Below, piece by piece: positions 14,932 to 29,316 of a stretch of DNA of 64,000 bases (within the stretch, counting starts at the first letter, position 1; each line of letters begins with the position of its first letter). Source of the stretch: Octopus vulgaris. Taxonomy: Eukaryota. Location: assembly GCA_951406725.2 (NCBI GenBank), contig OX597841.1, forward strand, positions 16,058,001 through 16,122,000. Direction: 5' to 3'. The notes below the pieces were generated by a model, which was given only the letters and a program-made list of their open reading frames with translations, was not told where the DNA came from and did no database searches. The position numbers and the translations under genes are program-made.

Positions 14932-15297
14932 GAAAAACGCCGCCGCCGTGGTGATCTCATTCTCGCTCACAACATCATAAGCAGAAAGTGTAACCTCTCG
15001 AAGGAGCTGTTCTTCACTCCTGCTCCAGAGCGTCGGCTGCGTGGTCACTCCGAAAAGCTCTATCTGCGACGATTTCATCTCAATCGAAGGAGAGGGGCTT
15101 TCTCCGTCCGGGTTGCGGATCCGTGGAATAAGCTGCCGGACGAGATGGTGAAGATGCCAACGACTGCTCGGTTCAAAGCCTCCCTTGACCACAAGTGGCC
15201 TGAACTCTTTACATGAACACCACCCTGTACATGACTCCATGTCCCCCTACATGGCCTTGCTTTTTGCTTTTTGAGCCAAAACATTAACTAACTAACT
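14932..15297 (+). mobile_element. CR1-clade LINE 3' fragment (ORF2 C-terminus 14932-15216, 3' UTR, (TAAC)n tail)
   Basis: Manual translation EKRRRRGDLILAHNII...RLRGHSEKL...RRGAFSVRVADPWNKLPDEMV...FKASLD..* matches the CR1 ORF2 C-terminal signature. Ends in taactaactaact. Not in the ORF track because it lacks a start codon. Confidence 0.88.
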
Positions 15298-16309
15298 TAT
15301 AGTTATAACACTCCCCCATCACCTGAAAGGGTCTCCGGCTGTCACAGAGTTAATTTCAACAGCTACTGGTAGAAAACATCTAAAAGTTGGGTGGACTGGA
15401 GCAATTTAAAATTAAGTGTTTTGCACAAGAACTTTACGCAGCGTCCGGTTCGGGAAACCATAACAGAATCTTACAACCGTCAGTGCAATACCTTGATCAC
15501 AAGGCTACGCGACTTCTCGTCTTCTGTAGCGAACGTCAAAGCTAAGCCTTTTGAGTGAAACTCAGTAAAGGAAAGCTATATATGTTGTGTCTTAAACCTT
15601 AGAACGTATAGGGCCAGGTACCCGATTACCAAGGCGTAGAAGTACACGATATCACATAACCCCTGAATAGGACACAAGTCTATCACATGGTTAAGTTTTC
15701 TGTAGTTGGTGGAACTCATTTACAGCTAAGTGAACTGTAGCAACGTGAAATGAAGTGTTTTGCTCCGTAACACAATGTAACGCCCTGACTGGGATTCGAA
15801 ACCTCGTCGATACTATCATACTATCAATAATATCATAAATAGAATACTTTGACCACGAAGCCGTGAACATATACACAGCACATTCTAGCCGATGTTCTAA
15901 TTGAATATGCCAATTAACACTAATTAGCAGTAAGCAATATAAGCAAATTAATTAGTCGTAATTAATGCAATGGGAATAAAGTAGAATTTAAACACTTTGT
16001 TTTTTTATATATATGTTGCTAAATATTTCTTCTAAAAATATATCTGTAAATATATTTGTTTACACAAACATACATGCGTACACACACACACAAGCGCGCG
16101 CATACACACAAATGAGTAGAGTAAGATATCGATTCAGGGAATCGTGTGGTTATCATAGTAGGCTCCCCTTACAGATTCAGCTATCAAACCACACAAGGTA
16201 TATACACTCCCCCACACACGTATATACAGTATAGATACATGTATACATTTGCACAAGCATATATATATGTATGTATATATATATATATATATGTACACAC
16301 ATATATGTA

Positions 16310-16366
<57 letters not shown>

Positions 16367-16555
16367 ACGGGATTCTTCCAGTTTCCGTCTACCAAATCCA
16401 CTCACAATGCTTTTGTGTGCCCATGGTTATGGCAGAAGACACTTGCCGAAGGTGCCAGACTGTGGGATTGAACCCGGAACCATGTGGTTGGCAAGCAAAC
16501 TTGATACCACAAACCTACGCCTGTGCCTATGTATGTATGTATGTATGTATGTATG

Positions 16556-16624
<69 letters not shown>

Positions 16625-16693
16625 ACATGTATATATATATATGCACATGTATATATATATATATATATATATGTACATGTATATATATATATG

Positions 16694-16776
<83 letters not shown>

Positions 16777-16777
16777 A

Positions 16778-16842
<65 letters not shown>

Positions 16843-17040
16843 TACAAAATTAGAGAATGGAGAAACATACTTAAATCAATAAAACATCAACTATCCGATG
16901 ATACTCAATCCATACTTTAATACACCATTACATAGGAGTAAAGGCAATATATAAAATGAAATGAGATATACAGTAATAGTAAAAGTAAAAAGATAAAGAG
17001 ATATAAGTAAAAAATTACAAATACAATATGCAAATAAATC

Positions 17041-17156
17041 AAAACTGACAGCTGTTTCGGCAGTGAGGACAGTCATACCTCATTTAACCTATAAGCCATA
17101 AATGCAGGTATAAATGAGGCATTAACAAAGATGCCCCACGGCCTCTTCAGAGAATT
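17041..17156 (-). ncRNA. Hammerhead ribozyme in PLE 3' terminal region
   Basis: Minus strand: ct CTGAAGA ggccgtgggg...cctcactgcc GAAA cagctg TC ag, with inner stem tgcctcattta/taaatgaggta; stem I is weak. Confidence 0.75.
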
Positions 17157-17495
17157 AAATTAAATTTGTTATAATAGTGAAAAATATTATATAATCATAT
17201 ACATATAAATATAAAAATATAAAAAAGTAAAATATAAAAACTTATACATCATAATGCTACACTTGTATAATATAATACACATTTGTACAAAAAGGAAGGT
17301 AACCAGAACAAAATAAAACAAAATATATAACAGTGTATATATAATATTAATAAGTACCGATATCATACATATTTAGCTAATAGTTTTTTTTATAAAAAAA
17401 ATGGGCTAACACATATGGAGATGAAAAATAATAATAATTAAATCCGTGGTACAGTTCATAAAATTCTAAAGCTATAAAAGTTAATAAAAATTACT

Positions 17496-17532
<37 letters not shown>

Positions 17533-19263
17533 GTAATAATAATAAAAAATAATAAAAATAGATACAGTTAAGTTATCACCAAGTCCATCTTTCCAAGATC
17601 GAAATAACTATGAGTTAAGAAATGCTGACCACTAGGTAAAGAAAATTTAGATTAATTCGATTGGCTATTGGTTTGAAATTTAAATCACAAAAGAAAATTA
17701 TACGGTTGGTTAGTCAGGGAACGCCAATATTCACACACGCATCTACAGATCAATCGCACATACACACATAGTTATATGTATATACATACACTTGTACATA
17801 TACATAATCATAAGCAACAACTAACACTTAGATAAACAAATAGGGAAGCAACCATGCTAACACTAAGTCCTTCAAAATTATAACTGAGCCTCAATAACAA
17901 AAAAAGAACCATCCATGCATTCTATAAAATATTTAATTAAGATATAAATGTATTTTTAAATATCAGTATGTTACTAATTCAGATAATTATTTCATGGGTA
18001 ACTTAAAATTTATAACACCGGTTTGTTGCAGAGTAAACATACGGTTGTTAGGTTTATCGTAAGTTTGTTATGATTTAAAGTACGCTAAATTATAAAATAT
18101 AAAATATAAAATATATTAATTTAGATATTATAAATAAGTCACTTATTAACTTAATAAATATAGTGCCAAAATATACCAGTTTAGGCAATAAAAAATAGAG
18201 GGGGAAGTATTAATGTAAACGCTTATGAGAACATCACAGAAATTTTAAATAAATTTTATATTATAAAGACTTAATATGAAAAGAGATAAAATAAATAAAA
18301 AGGAATAAATACGAAGGAATAAATACGGTTATACACATAATTATAAGTACAAACTAGTATATATGTATTCATATATTATTAAAATTAAATAAAAATAAAT
18401 GATAGATATGTATGTATAAAACTACACCAGTATAAGTAAATAAGTAAAGAATAAATAGGTAACAAATTAAATGACTTGATATGTATGTAAACATCCACAC
18501 TTAAATAGGCAAATAAATAAATAAATAGAAGACTAGATGCAAATATTGATAATATTACAATAAAATGGGAAATAAATAAAAATAAATAAAGTGAATATAT
18601 ATATATTTTATATTGTTGAAAGTAAATATGTATGGAAGGATAGTTTAAAGTACAGATCCAGAGGACTATAGATATAAACTAAATATATGAAGCTGGTAAC
18701 AATTATAAAGCAAAATGCATGTAAATGAGAAAATGAAAAAAATGAAAAAGGTTTATCAGTGAATAGCATAAGATACAAATTAAGGTGAGTACAAAAAGAC
18801 CAAATATATAATAAAAACCTTCCAAATCAGCACATACAAAAAACCCATAATCTCAACCTAAACCCACCAAACTCACAAAAGGCTCTCATATATTACATAT
18901 TATACAATATCATTACATTATCCAGAGCTAGGTATCTAACCAAGATATACATATATACTTTGCAATATACTATGCAATATTGGAAAACTTCAAAAATCAC
19001 ACATTACAAGGCAAATACCAAAATGAATATGTTATTTTATGTCATATTGCATTTCTCTTAAAAAAAACAAACAAAAACCCACATACAAAAACCAAGAAAC
19101 CAATAATACTAGACACATCCAATTAGTTATTATACAAATGTAGCTATAAAAATTATAAAATTATGAAATTTATAAATTGTATACTTTAGAATTATAGAAG
19201 ACCACAGGTATATTTAGTTAAAGAAGGGAATTAAAAAATTGATAATAGTGGAAGTGCTAAGTT

Positions 19264-20710
19264 CTATTTGAATCTAGAAAAGGTGAACGGTAGCCTATGA
19301 ATACAAAAGAAGTTTTTCTCATTAATGTTGTTAATAATTTGCCGACCCGCTTTAATAATGAAGAAAATTTCATTAATACATAGAGAGCATTTTTTATTTT
19401 TTCCATTATACACAGGTGCTGAAGTTAGTATTTTCCAGTTTAATCTAAAATCTAAGTTCTTACTTTTAAGTTCCCAAATATATGCACTTAGCCCTGTAGA
19501 GTACATTCTATTTTTATTCCTAAAAGTATATCTATGATAATTCCATCTTTGTTTTATGCTATTCATAGTTGCCCCGATATACACTCTACTACTCAATTGT
19601 GTATCTACAGTGCATTGGTAAACTACCTCCTTCCTGAGGCATTGATTACCAAATACACATTTATTTTTATTTCTGCAATTACAAAGATTAACAGAATGAG
19701 GAAATCTAAGATTGGACACCACCCCTATACTACTATTCACATTATAAGTGTTACAATTGTTATCATCATCCAAACCCAAAATCAACGAATGAGTTAATTC
19801 CACATTATCGGCTATATTCCTATCACTAGTACTAGTATTGGTAGTAGTGGTATGATCTATTACATTTATATTATCTCTGACAGGTATGGTGCACTCATTA
19901 TTAGTAAGGAGGTTGCTCCCATTTGTTCCAAGAAAATTTCTATTCCTATTATTAATGAAGAGGGGCAAGTTTTCCTGGTCTAAATTCAATTTTCTATCCT
20001 TATAGAAGTGATCCAGTTTCTTGTTATTAAAAGAGGAGATGATGGTGGCTAGATTATGAGTAATGCTATATCCCACTCTAACAGTACCGTTGTTAATTAA
20101 AGGACTAAATTTATTCCTATCCTTACCAAAATGCCTAAAAATAATATTATGCAAAGCTCTCACTATGTTTGTTTTAATCTGCATTGCATACGGGATAATC
20201 AACCAAAAAGTATCCTTATCAGAATTAGGATTGCCTATAGAATTAATGTTATTTGTAAAAATCCTATTCGTAGACCAACTCATAGGATTACTATTCTTAC
20301 CACTGTCATTGTTATATCTATCTATATCAATATTACCATGGTTATTGCGCAAGTAAACTTTACCATTATCATGTCTACCATAAGTTTTAATTCGTATATT
20401 ATTATTAATATTACTACTACTACTCGTATGTTTAGATCTATTTGAGCTACCGTTCACCTTTCCAAGGTTAACGTCACTTCTACATTTATTATAGGTGTTA
20501 TCATATATTCTGTTTTTACTATTCTTATGTATATTGTTGATTATCCTAAATCTATTTGTGTTGTTCTTGATAGTTCTACCTCCATTAGGGGGTTCCCCTT
20601 AGGTATAAACCAAATCTTACTTTTATATCCTGCCTTAAGTAATGCTGCATTGTATCTATCACAGTGTTTGTTAAAAATTTCCTCGTTTGAGGATAAACTA
20701 GAAGACAATT
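19264..20710 (-). pseudogene. PLE reverse transcriptase C-terminus + GIY-YIG endonuclease, frameshifted near 20595
   Basis: Motifs IKTNI..II.RHF, TVRVGYS, CNCRNKNKCVFGNQCL, VVYQCTV..VYIGAT..KQRWNYH, TGLSAYIWELK, WKIL, CSLCINE, CIH follow the Naiad PLE layout. The thumb frame stops at ~20541, while the downstream frame is open from ~20599 to 19264. Confidence 0.85.
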
Positions 20711-20804
20711 TCTAACATCTATGTATTAATTTTGTTGGGTACCTATCTAGCAGTATATTGGATATATATTATCCCATGGTGGGTTGAATTTTCAACCCTT
20801 ATCT

Positions 20805-20858
<54 letters not shown>

Positions 20859-21129
20859 AACATTGAAAGACACAAAGGCCGTTAGTATCACTTAAGCATT
20901 TATTATTTGGCGACACAATTTTCGTCGCACCAATTGTGACCTGGTCACTGACTCGGTTCCACTTCAGCAGAAGTTAATAATCTTTTTTTTTTATTCCTGA
21001 ATGACTAATTAATGTGTTCACGCTAGAGTTGGTCTAGTCTCAACGCACCGTCTCACATGAAATGACTTGTGAGACGAGTATGTCTCTCAACACACACATA
21101 CACACATACATACACAGACACACACACGT

Positions 21130-21950
21130 GTATGTATGTATGTATGTATGTATGTATGTATGTATGTATGTACGTATGTATGTATGTATGTATGTATGTA
21201 TGTATGTATGTATGTATGTATGTATGTATGTATGTATGTATGTATGTATGTATGTATGTGTGTATGTACGTACGTACGTACGTACGTATGTATGTATGTA
21301 TGTATGTATGTATGTATGTATGTATGTGTGTATGTATGTACGTACGTACGTACGTACGTACGTATGTATGTATGTATGTATGTATGTATGTATATATGTT
21401 TGTATGTATGTATGTGTGTATGTATGTATGTATGTATGTATGTTTGTATGTATGTATGTATGTATGTATGTATGTATGTATGTGTGTATGTACGTACGTA
21501 CGTACGTACGTATGTATGTATGTATGTATGTATGTATGTATGTATGTATGTATGTATGTATGTGTGTATGTATGTACGTACGTACGTACGTACGTACGTA
21601 TGTATGTATGTATGTATGTATGTATGTATATATGTTTGTATGTATGTATGTGTGTATGTATGTATGTATGTATGTATGTTTGTATGTATGTATGTGTGTA
21701 TGTATGTACGTACGTACGTACGTACGTACGTACGTATGTATGTATGTATGTATGTATGTATGTATGTATGTATGTATGTATGTATGTATGTATGTATGTA
21801 TGTATGTTTGTATGTATGTATGTGTGTATGTATGTACGTACGTATGTATGTATGTATGTATGTATGTATGTATGTATGTATGTATGTATGTATGTATGTA
21901 TGTATGTGTGTGTGTGTATGTATGTATGTATGTATGTATCTATGTATGTA
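21130..21950. repeat. (TATG)n/(TACG)n array
   Basis: Direct. Confidence 0.95.
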
Positions 21951-22069
21951 TATAATAAATCTCTGAGCGAGTTTCCACTTTTTCGAGATCAGTGACTTTT
22001 CGTCACTGCAAAAAGTATATATATATATTTATTATTGAGAAACATTTCACATCGCCAAACGTTGAATGC

Positions 22070-22114
22070 CACACGCTGATGACGAATAAATACTCAGAAA
22101 CCCGGGTCTGTGTG
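22070..22114 (+). ncRNA. Minimal type I hammerhead ribozyme
   Basis: cacacg CTGATGA cgaataaatactca GAAA cccggg TC tgtgtg; stem II is weak. Confidence 0.7.
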
Positions 22115-22429
22115 TATCACGTCAGATTGAAGACGGGAAGGATGGCTTCCCTTTGCAAATACTGATAGGGCACAGATAGAGTGTCAAGTGGCAGGTGGAG
22201 GAGATGTCTTCCTGGGGCTAACAGTAGCATCCACCCTTAAGGGTTAGCCACATTTAGGTGGCAAATATACTTCATGATACATGTATGTAGTTTTTATCTC
22301 TTAGTTGTTTCAGATTTGGCCGGTGACCAGGCTGGAGCACCAGCGGGAAAACAGTTTAGTCGAATTTATCGACCCCACCGCATTTTATTTTACTCATTTT
22401 TATATGCCATGTACGTACGTTTTATTTAT

Positions 22430-22467
22430 TTATCTATCTATCTATCTATCTGTCTATCTACTTATCC

Positions 22468-22527
<60 letters not shown>

Positions 22528-22528
22528 G

Positions 22529-22579
<51 letters not shown>

Positions 22580-22580
22580 G

Positions 22581-22619
<39 letters not shown>

Positions 22620-22624
22620 GTCTG

Positions 22625-22695
<71 letters not shown>

Positions 22696-22704
22696 GTCTA
22701 TCCG

Positions 22705-22743
<39 letters not shown>

Positions 22744-22767
22744 GTCTATCTACTTATCCATCTATCC

Positions 22768-22803
<36 letters not shown>

Positions 22804-22823
22804 GTCTGTCTATCTACTTATCC

Positions 22824-22891
<68 letters not shown>

Positions 22892-22970
22892 GTCTGTCTG
22901 TCTGTCTGTCTGTCTATTTATTTTTCTATCTATCTGTCTGTCTCTCTTTCTATCTATCTATATCTATCAA
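22430..22970. repeat. (TATC)n array
   Basis: Direct. Confidence 0.95.
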
Positions 22971-23500
22971 TTTATTTATTTATATAATTATTTACATATT
23001 TATTGCAGGTTTACTGGGGCCTTAAATTCATTCATCATTTCGCTAACAGAACAACCGGAAGCGAACTCTGATAAATACGATTGAAATGCTATCCTCTCCA
23101 CTGTAAATATTTGAAAGTATGCTGTTAAAACGAAGCAAAGGAGAAGTGTATACAGCAATAACAGTCACATGTTGCCGTTCCACTCTTCTCATCCTTAGCC
23201 TTCTAGAATGATCTAGTTAAAATGCCTGGCTAGCATTCTTCAGAGGTCACTTCCGGTGTTTTTAGAAAGCTGTTACGAGCGACGATGGTGATGTTGGTGG
23301 TGGTGGTGGTGGTGGTGGTGGTGGTGGTGGTTGAAAGAGATAGAGACGAGAGAACTGGGTAGATTTGTGTTAGTTCACACACACACACACACACACACAG
23401 CTATCTCTTTATCTCTCTTTCTCGCTCTCTCTCTCTTTCCCTAACCATCTATCTATCTATCTATCTATCAAGAAGTATCTATATATCTGTCTATCCATCC

Positions 23501-23562
<62 letters not shown>

Positions 23563-23587
23563 ATATATCTATATATATCTATATATA

Positions 23588-23677
<90 letters not shown>

Positions 23678-24011
23678 TCTATCTATCAATCCATCTATCT
23701 ATCGATCGATCGATCGATCGATCAATCTAACCACAAATATGTATCTCTCTCTTTATCTATCTATCTATCTATCCATCTATTACTCTCTAACTTGTTTCAG
23801 TCATGTGACTGCGGCCATGCTGGTGCACCACCTTTAGTCGGGCAACTCGACCCCGGGACTTATTCTTTTTGTAAGCCCAGTACTTATTCTATCGGTCTCT
23901 TTTGCCGAACTGCTAACTGACGGGGACATAAACACACCAGCATTGGTCGTCAAGCAATGCTAGGACAAACACAGACACACAGACACACAAACACACACAT
24001 GCATATATATA

Positions 24012-24241
24012 TTTCTTTACTACCCACAAGGGGCTAAACACAGAGGGGACAAACAAGGACAGACAAAGGGATTAAGTCGACTACATCGACCCCAGTGCGT
24101 AACTGGTACTTAATTTATCGACCCCGAAAGGATGAAAGGCAAAGTCGACCTCGGCGGAATTTGAACTCGGAACGTAACGACAGACGAAATACGGCTACGA
24201 ATTTCGCCCGGCGTGCTAACGTTTCTACCAGCTCGCCGCCT
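24012..24241 (-). mobile_element. SINE-A monomer inserted in the internal microsatellite of a SINE-B (23780-24437)
   Basis: Complete head-to-tail copy; SINE-B halves lie on either side. Confidence 0.88.
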
Positions 24242-24599
24242 TTATATACATGCATATATATATATATACATATATACGACGAGCTTCTTTCAGTTTCCGT
24301 CTACCAAATCCTCTCAGATGGCTTTGGTCGGCCCGAGGCTATAGCAGAAGACACTTGCCCAAGGTGCCACGCAGTGGGACTGAACCCGGAACCATGTGGT
24401 TGGTAAGCAAGCTACTTACCACACAGCCACTCCTGCACCTATCTATCTATCTATTTGATAAACGAGGGAACAAGAAGCTGCTGTCCCCTTTAATACTGGT
24501 TCATCTAGAATTTTGGACAGCAGGGGGCTAAGGTCCTTCTTGAAAACTTCTACCCCAATTCCATGTAGATCTGTTAGGGTTTGGGTAGGGTATTAGTTT

Positions 24600-25200
24600 T
24601 AGAATTTTGGAATAGGACAAGAAATTTCGAGGAAGGAATGAGTTGATGACATCGATTGTTGTGTCCAACGGGTACTTAATTTTACCGACCCCGAAAGGAT
24701 AAAGGGCAAGGTCGACCCCGGCGAAATTTGAACGCATATTGTAAAGAGGGATAAAGTACAGCGAAACACTTTGTCTAGTGTGCTAATTATTCTGCTAGGT
24801 ACAAGGCCCAAAATTTTGGGGGAAGGGGCCAGTCGATTAGACTAACCCCAGTACGCAACTGCTACTTAATTTTTGACTCCGAAAGGATGAAAGGCGAAGT
24901 CGACCTCGGCGGAATTTGAACTCAAAACGTAAAGTGAGACGAAATACCTATTTCTTTACTACCCACAAGGGGCTAAACACAGAGAGGACAAACAAGAACA
25001 GACAAATGGATTAAGTCGATTATATCGACCCCAGTGCGTAACTGGTACTTATTTAATCGACCCCGAAAAGGCAAAGTCGACCTCGGGGGAATTTGAACTC
25101 GGAACGTAAAGACAGACGGAATACCTATTTCTTTACTACCCACAAGGGGCTAAACACAGAGAGGACAAACAAGGACAGACAAACGGATTAAGTCGATTAC
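24600..25200 (-). mobile_element. SINE-A cluster/tandem units
   Basis: Repeated gtcgacctcggcggaatttgaactc and tatttctttactacccacaagggg. Confidence 0.8.
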
Positions 25201-26066
25201 ATATACATATAAGTATATATTTGTGTGTCTGTGTTTGTCCCCGAACCATCGTTTGACAACCGATGTTGGTGTGTTTATGTCCCCCGTAACTTAGCAGTTA
25301 GGCAAAGAGACCGATAGAATAAGTACTAGGCTTACAAATAATAAAAAGTCCTGGGGCCGATTTGTTTGATTTAGGGTGGCTCATTAGCAATTAGAACCTA
25401 AAGGCAAAATTAGGAGGTGTTGGTCATGGTCATGGCGTCTTTCAGTTTCCGTCTACCAAATTCACTCATAAGTCTCTGGTCGGTCCGAGGCTATAGTAGA
25501 AGACACTTGCACAAGGTGCCACGCAGTGGGACTGAACCCAGAACCATTTGGGTTGAAAGCGAACTTCTTACCAAACAGCCACGCCTGCGCCAATAGAAAC
25601 TGGCTTCAAATTTTGGCAAAATCCCACCAAATCTCACTTCAGACCCTTGTATCTACTTACCCCATCATCAAGAGTGACCCCCCCATCATCCAGGTATCCA
25701 TCTTGCCCCCAAACCCAACAATCAGAACATCCAATCCTTTCTCTCCTCCTCTACTCCCCTCCTGGGATCTAACATCATGGAATTTGCTTTCTCGTAGCCA
25801 TATTTTGACCGACAGATGTCGCTTGCGTGATGTTTGCACTGAATGCTGTGCAAACCTCATCGATCTGCGAATTCCCATGGGGGGACTTTAAAGGTCACGA
25901 GCGCCGCCCTTCATGTCCTCATCAGTAAAGTAGTAATGAGAGGGGTTTGGGATGGGTGGGTGTATGCATTTACATACGTAGATATATATATATGTATGTG
26001 TGCGTGTGTATGTATGTATGTCTCTATCTATTTATCTATTTATCTCTCTTTCTCTGTCCCTCTCTC

Positions 26067-26114
<48 letters not shown>

Positions 26115-26189
26115 TATATGCATATATTTATATACATATACATACATAACGATATATATGTACATACACACGTATATATATATACATAC

Positions 26190-26256
<67 letters not shown>

Positions 26257-26321
26257 TATATATACCTATATATATATATATATACCTATATATATATCTG
26301 TAGGTATATGTTTATATGTGT

Positions 26322-26463
<142 letters not shown>

Positions 26464-26477
26464 GTATGTATATATAC

Positions 26478-26510
<33 letters not shown>

Positions 26511-26585
26511 TGTATGTCTGCGTATGTACCTATGTATGAATACCTACTACGCAAATCTTCAACTGCATGACTACGGCAATGTATT

Positions 26586-26621
<36 letters not shown>

Positions 26622-26632
26622 TATAAGTTTCT

Positions 26633-26671
<39 letters not shown>

Positions 26672-26796
26672 CGCACTGTTTAGTCATGTTGCACTTAGTT
26701 ATTTACGGTGTCCTAGTTAGTAAATAGCATGGACGATTCGCTCAACAAGACACTTATATGAATTTATATTATTAGTATACACTTATATGAACTTAT

Positions 26797-27080
26797 GTGG
26801 AGGCGCAGTGGTTAGGGCAGCGAACTCGCGGTCGGGAGGATCGCGGTTTCGATTCCCAGACCGGGCGTTGTGTGTGTTTATTGAGCGAAAACACCCAAAG
26901 CTCCCCGACGCTCCGTCAGGGGTTGGTGGCGACCCCTGTTGTACTCTTTCGCCCCAACATTCTTTCACTCTTTCTTCATGCTTCTTGAGTAACGCTGCGA
27001 GTCCAGTTGGGTGGGGGGAGGGAACACATACGCCTTAGAAACCGGGAAACCGGGCCCATGAGCCTGGCTAGGCTTGAAAA
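26797..27080 (+). mobile_element. tRNA-derived SINE-C
   Basis: ggaggcgcagtggttagggcagc...ggtttcgattcccagacc; homologs at 3490, 46157, 56400. Confidence 0.8.
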
Positions 27081-27164
27081 TTGCATATAAATAACAAAAT
27101 TTTAAATATATGAACTTATACACCCGTCTCTACACACACATACACACACAAATATTAACGCCAT

Positions 27165-27207
<43 letters not shown>

Positions 27208-27280
27208 GGGTAGAAATCAATATTTATCAATTAAAACCAGTGGTCTAGCATATTAAAATAATCCGAAGATTAAATATTTA

Positions 27281-27546
27281 TATATACCAATTAAGGACTG
27301 AACACGAAAAGTGGACAGTCAACATGCTAGATATAGACGTCAAATCGCCATTCTCCACAAAAGATTATGTTCTCAAATCAAACTCACCACAAACCCAAGC
27401 AATAAACAAGTGCGTATATTTTCACTTGTTTATTGCTTGGGTTTGTGGTGAGTTTGATTTGAGAACATAATCTTTTGTGGAGAATGGCGATTTGACGTCT
27501 ATATCTAGCATGTTGACTGTCCACTTTTCGTGTTCAGTCCTTAATT

Positions 27547-27554
<8 letters not shown>
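27281..27554. repeat. Inverted repeat, 132 bp arms, 10 nt spacer
   Basis: Arms 27281-27412 / 27423-27554; non-folded homolog at ~60985-61165. Confidence 0.92.
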
Positions 27555-27596
<42 letters not shown>

Positions 27597-27756
27597 TATA
27601 TAGGAGCTTCTACAGGACTAGAACTTCTATATAATAAATTAATTTTACTCTGCTATGTATTGAGTACCTTATTTACTGTGGTTAACCCCGAATCAACCCG
27701 GGACCTACATATATATATATATATGAGCACGTATACACACTTGTTCATTCGTGCAA

Positions 27757-27801
<45 letters not shown>

Positions 27802-28169
27802 CGTACGCACACACACACGTACGCACACTGACTTACATGTTCACGTATTAAATATCCTCCTCCGGACACAAACCGGTGTTTCTGGCACGAACACGGCGGT
27901 AAAACGATTCGCGTTTTGCCTTCATCAGCGGAAGCGAAAGGAGTAGGCTTATAAGATCTTATCTAAACAAACCAGCGACGGGATACCTGAAGGTGATGAA
28001 AGCAACTGGAGAAATCTCTTACGGTCCTTTTTGGTTTTTTTTTTGTGGGCGGTTGGCAGATGGGGTGGGGTGGGGTGGGGTGAAAAAAATGAGTAAAAAT
28101 TGAAAAATCAAGATTCATAAAACATGAAAGAATTTAAATTTTACTTACGGAAATGAGCGATACTTACTT

Positions 28170-28395
28170 TTCTCTTTTCTTTACTTTTACTTGTTTCAGT
28201 CATTTGACTGCGGCCATGCTGGAGCACCGCCTTTTAGTCGAGCAAATCGACCCCGGGACTTATTCTTCGTAAGCCCAGTACTTATTCTATCGGTCTCTTT
28301 TGCCGAACCGCTAGATGACGGGGACATAAACACACCAGCATCGGTTATCAAGCGATGCTAGGGAGACAAACACAGACACGAAAACATATACACAC

Positions 28396-28460
<65 letters not shown>

Positions 28461-28995
28461 TACGACAGGCTTCTTTCAGTTTCCGTCTACCAAATCCACT
28501 CGCAAGGCATTGGTCGGCCCGAGGCTATAGCAGAAGACACTTGCCGAAGGTGCCACGCAGTGGGACTGAACCCGGAAATGTGGTTGGTAAGCAAGCTACT
28601 TACCACACAGCCACTCCTGCGCCTATGATATATATATATACATACATACGATGGGCTTCTTCCAGTTTCCATCTACCAAATCCACTCGCAAGGCTTTGGT
28701 CGGCCCGAGGCTATAGCAGAAGACACTTGCCCAAGGTGCCACGCAGTGGGACTGAACCCGGAACCATGTGGTTGGTAAGCAAACTTACCACACTGCCACT
28801 CCTGCACCTATGATATATATATATACATACATACGATGGGCTTCTTCCAGTTTCCATCTACCAAACTCGCAAGGCTTTGGTCGGCCCGAGGCTATAGCAG
28901 AAGACACTTGCCCAAGGTGCCACGCAGTGGGACTGAACCCGGAACCATGTGGTTGGTAAGCAAGCTACTTACCACACAGCCACTCCTGCGCCTAT
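28170..28995 (-). mobile_element. SINE-B with triplicated 5' half
   Basis: Three heads ending ~28625, 28810, 28995; one 3' half. Confidence 0.88.
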
Positions 28996-29132
28996 GTTAA
29001 GTTTAAATTTAGGAATAATCTCTTTTGCTCTTCCTCATTCACTTGTTCTCTGTCACACACTCACACACTGGTAGGTCTATACACACACACACACACACAT
29101 ATATATACTTACGTGCATTCACGCACGGGTAC

Positions 29133-29270
29133 TTGGTCTGATCAATAAGTATCTGGACTGTTGCCATAGTAACGAAGCTCAAACACAAAGAATAAAGCCA
29201 CTGGACACAGATTGACCTTGAACCCTACTGTCCATCGAAACTAAGTTTTAACGTTCTGGCTTACATCCCT
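29133..29270 (+). mobile_element. Possible mariner-type terminal fragment
   Basis: ggtctgatcaataagtatctggact resembles mariner TIRs as I recall them; no partner TIR or ORF seen. Confidence 0.35.
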
Positions 29271-29272
29271 CA

Positions 29273-29316
<44 letters not shown>

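Larger units (their letters stand above)
16841..20715 (-). mobile_element. 5'-truncated Penelope-like retroelement (Naiad-type) with ~2.4 kb AT-rich 3' region and terminal hammerhead, lying between (TA)n tracts
   Basis: Minus-strand translation gives RT thumb LSSNEEIFNKHCDRYNAALLKAGY (~20700-20620), then the ORF 19264-20457 with a CNCR..C..C linker and GIY-YIG. Hammerhead at 17041-17156. (TA)n at ~16560-16840 and ~20810-20856. Confidence 0.85.

Noticed and set aside
14731-15240. 169-aa minus-strand ORF
   Set aside because: Antisense shadow of the CR1 fragment plus SINE remnants.
19264-20457. Selenoprotein/SECIS recoding as reported for some Naiad PLEs
   Set aside because: No in-frame TGA in the visible ORF; conserved positions are ordinary Cys; no SECIS recognised.
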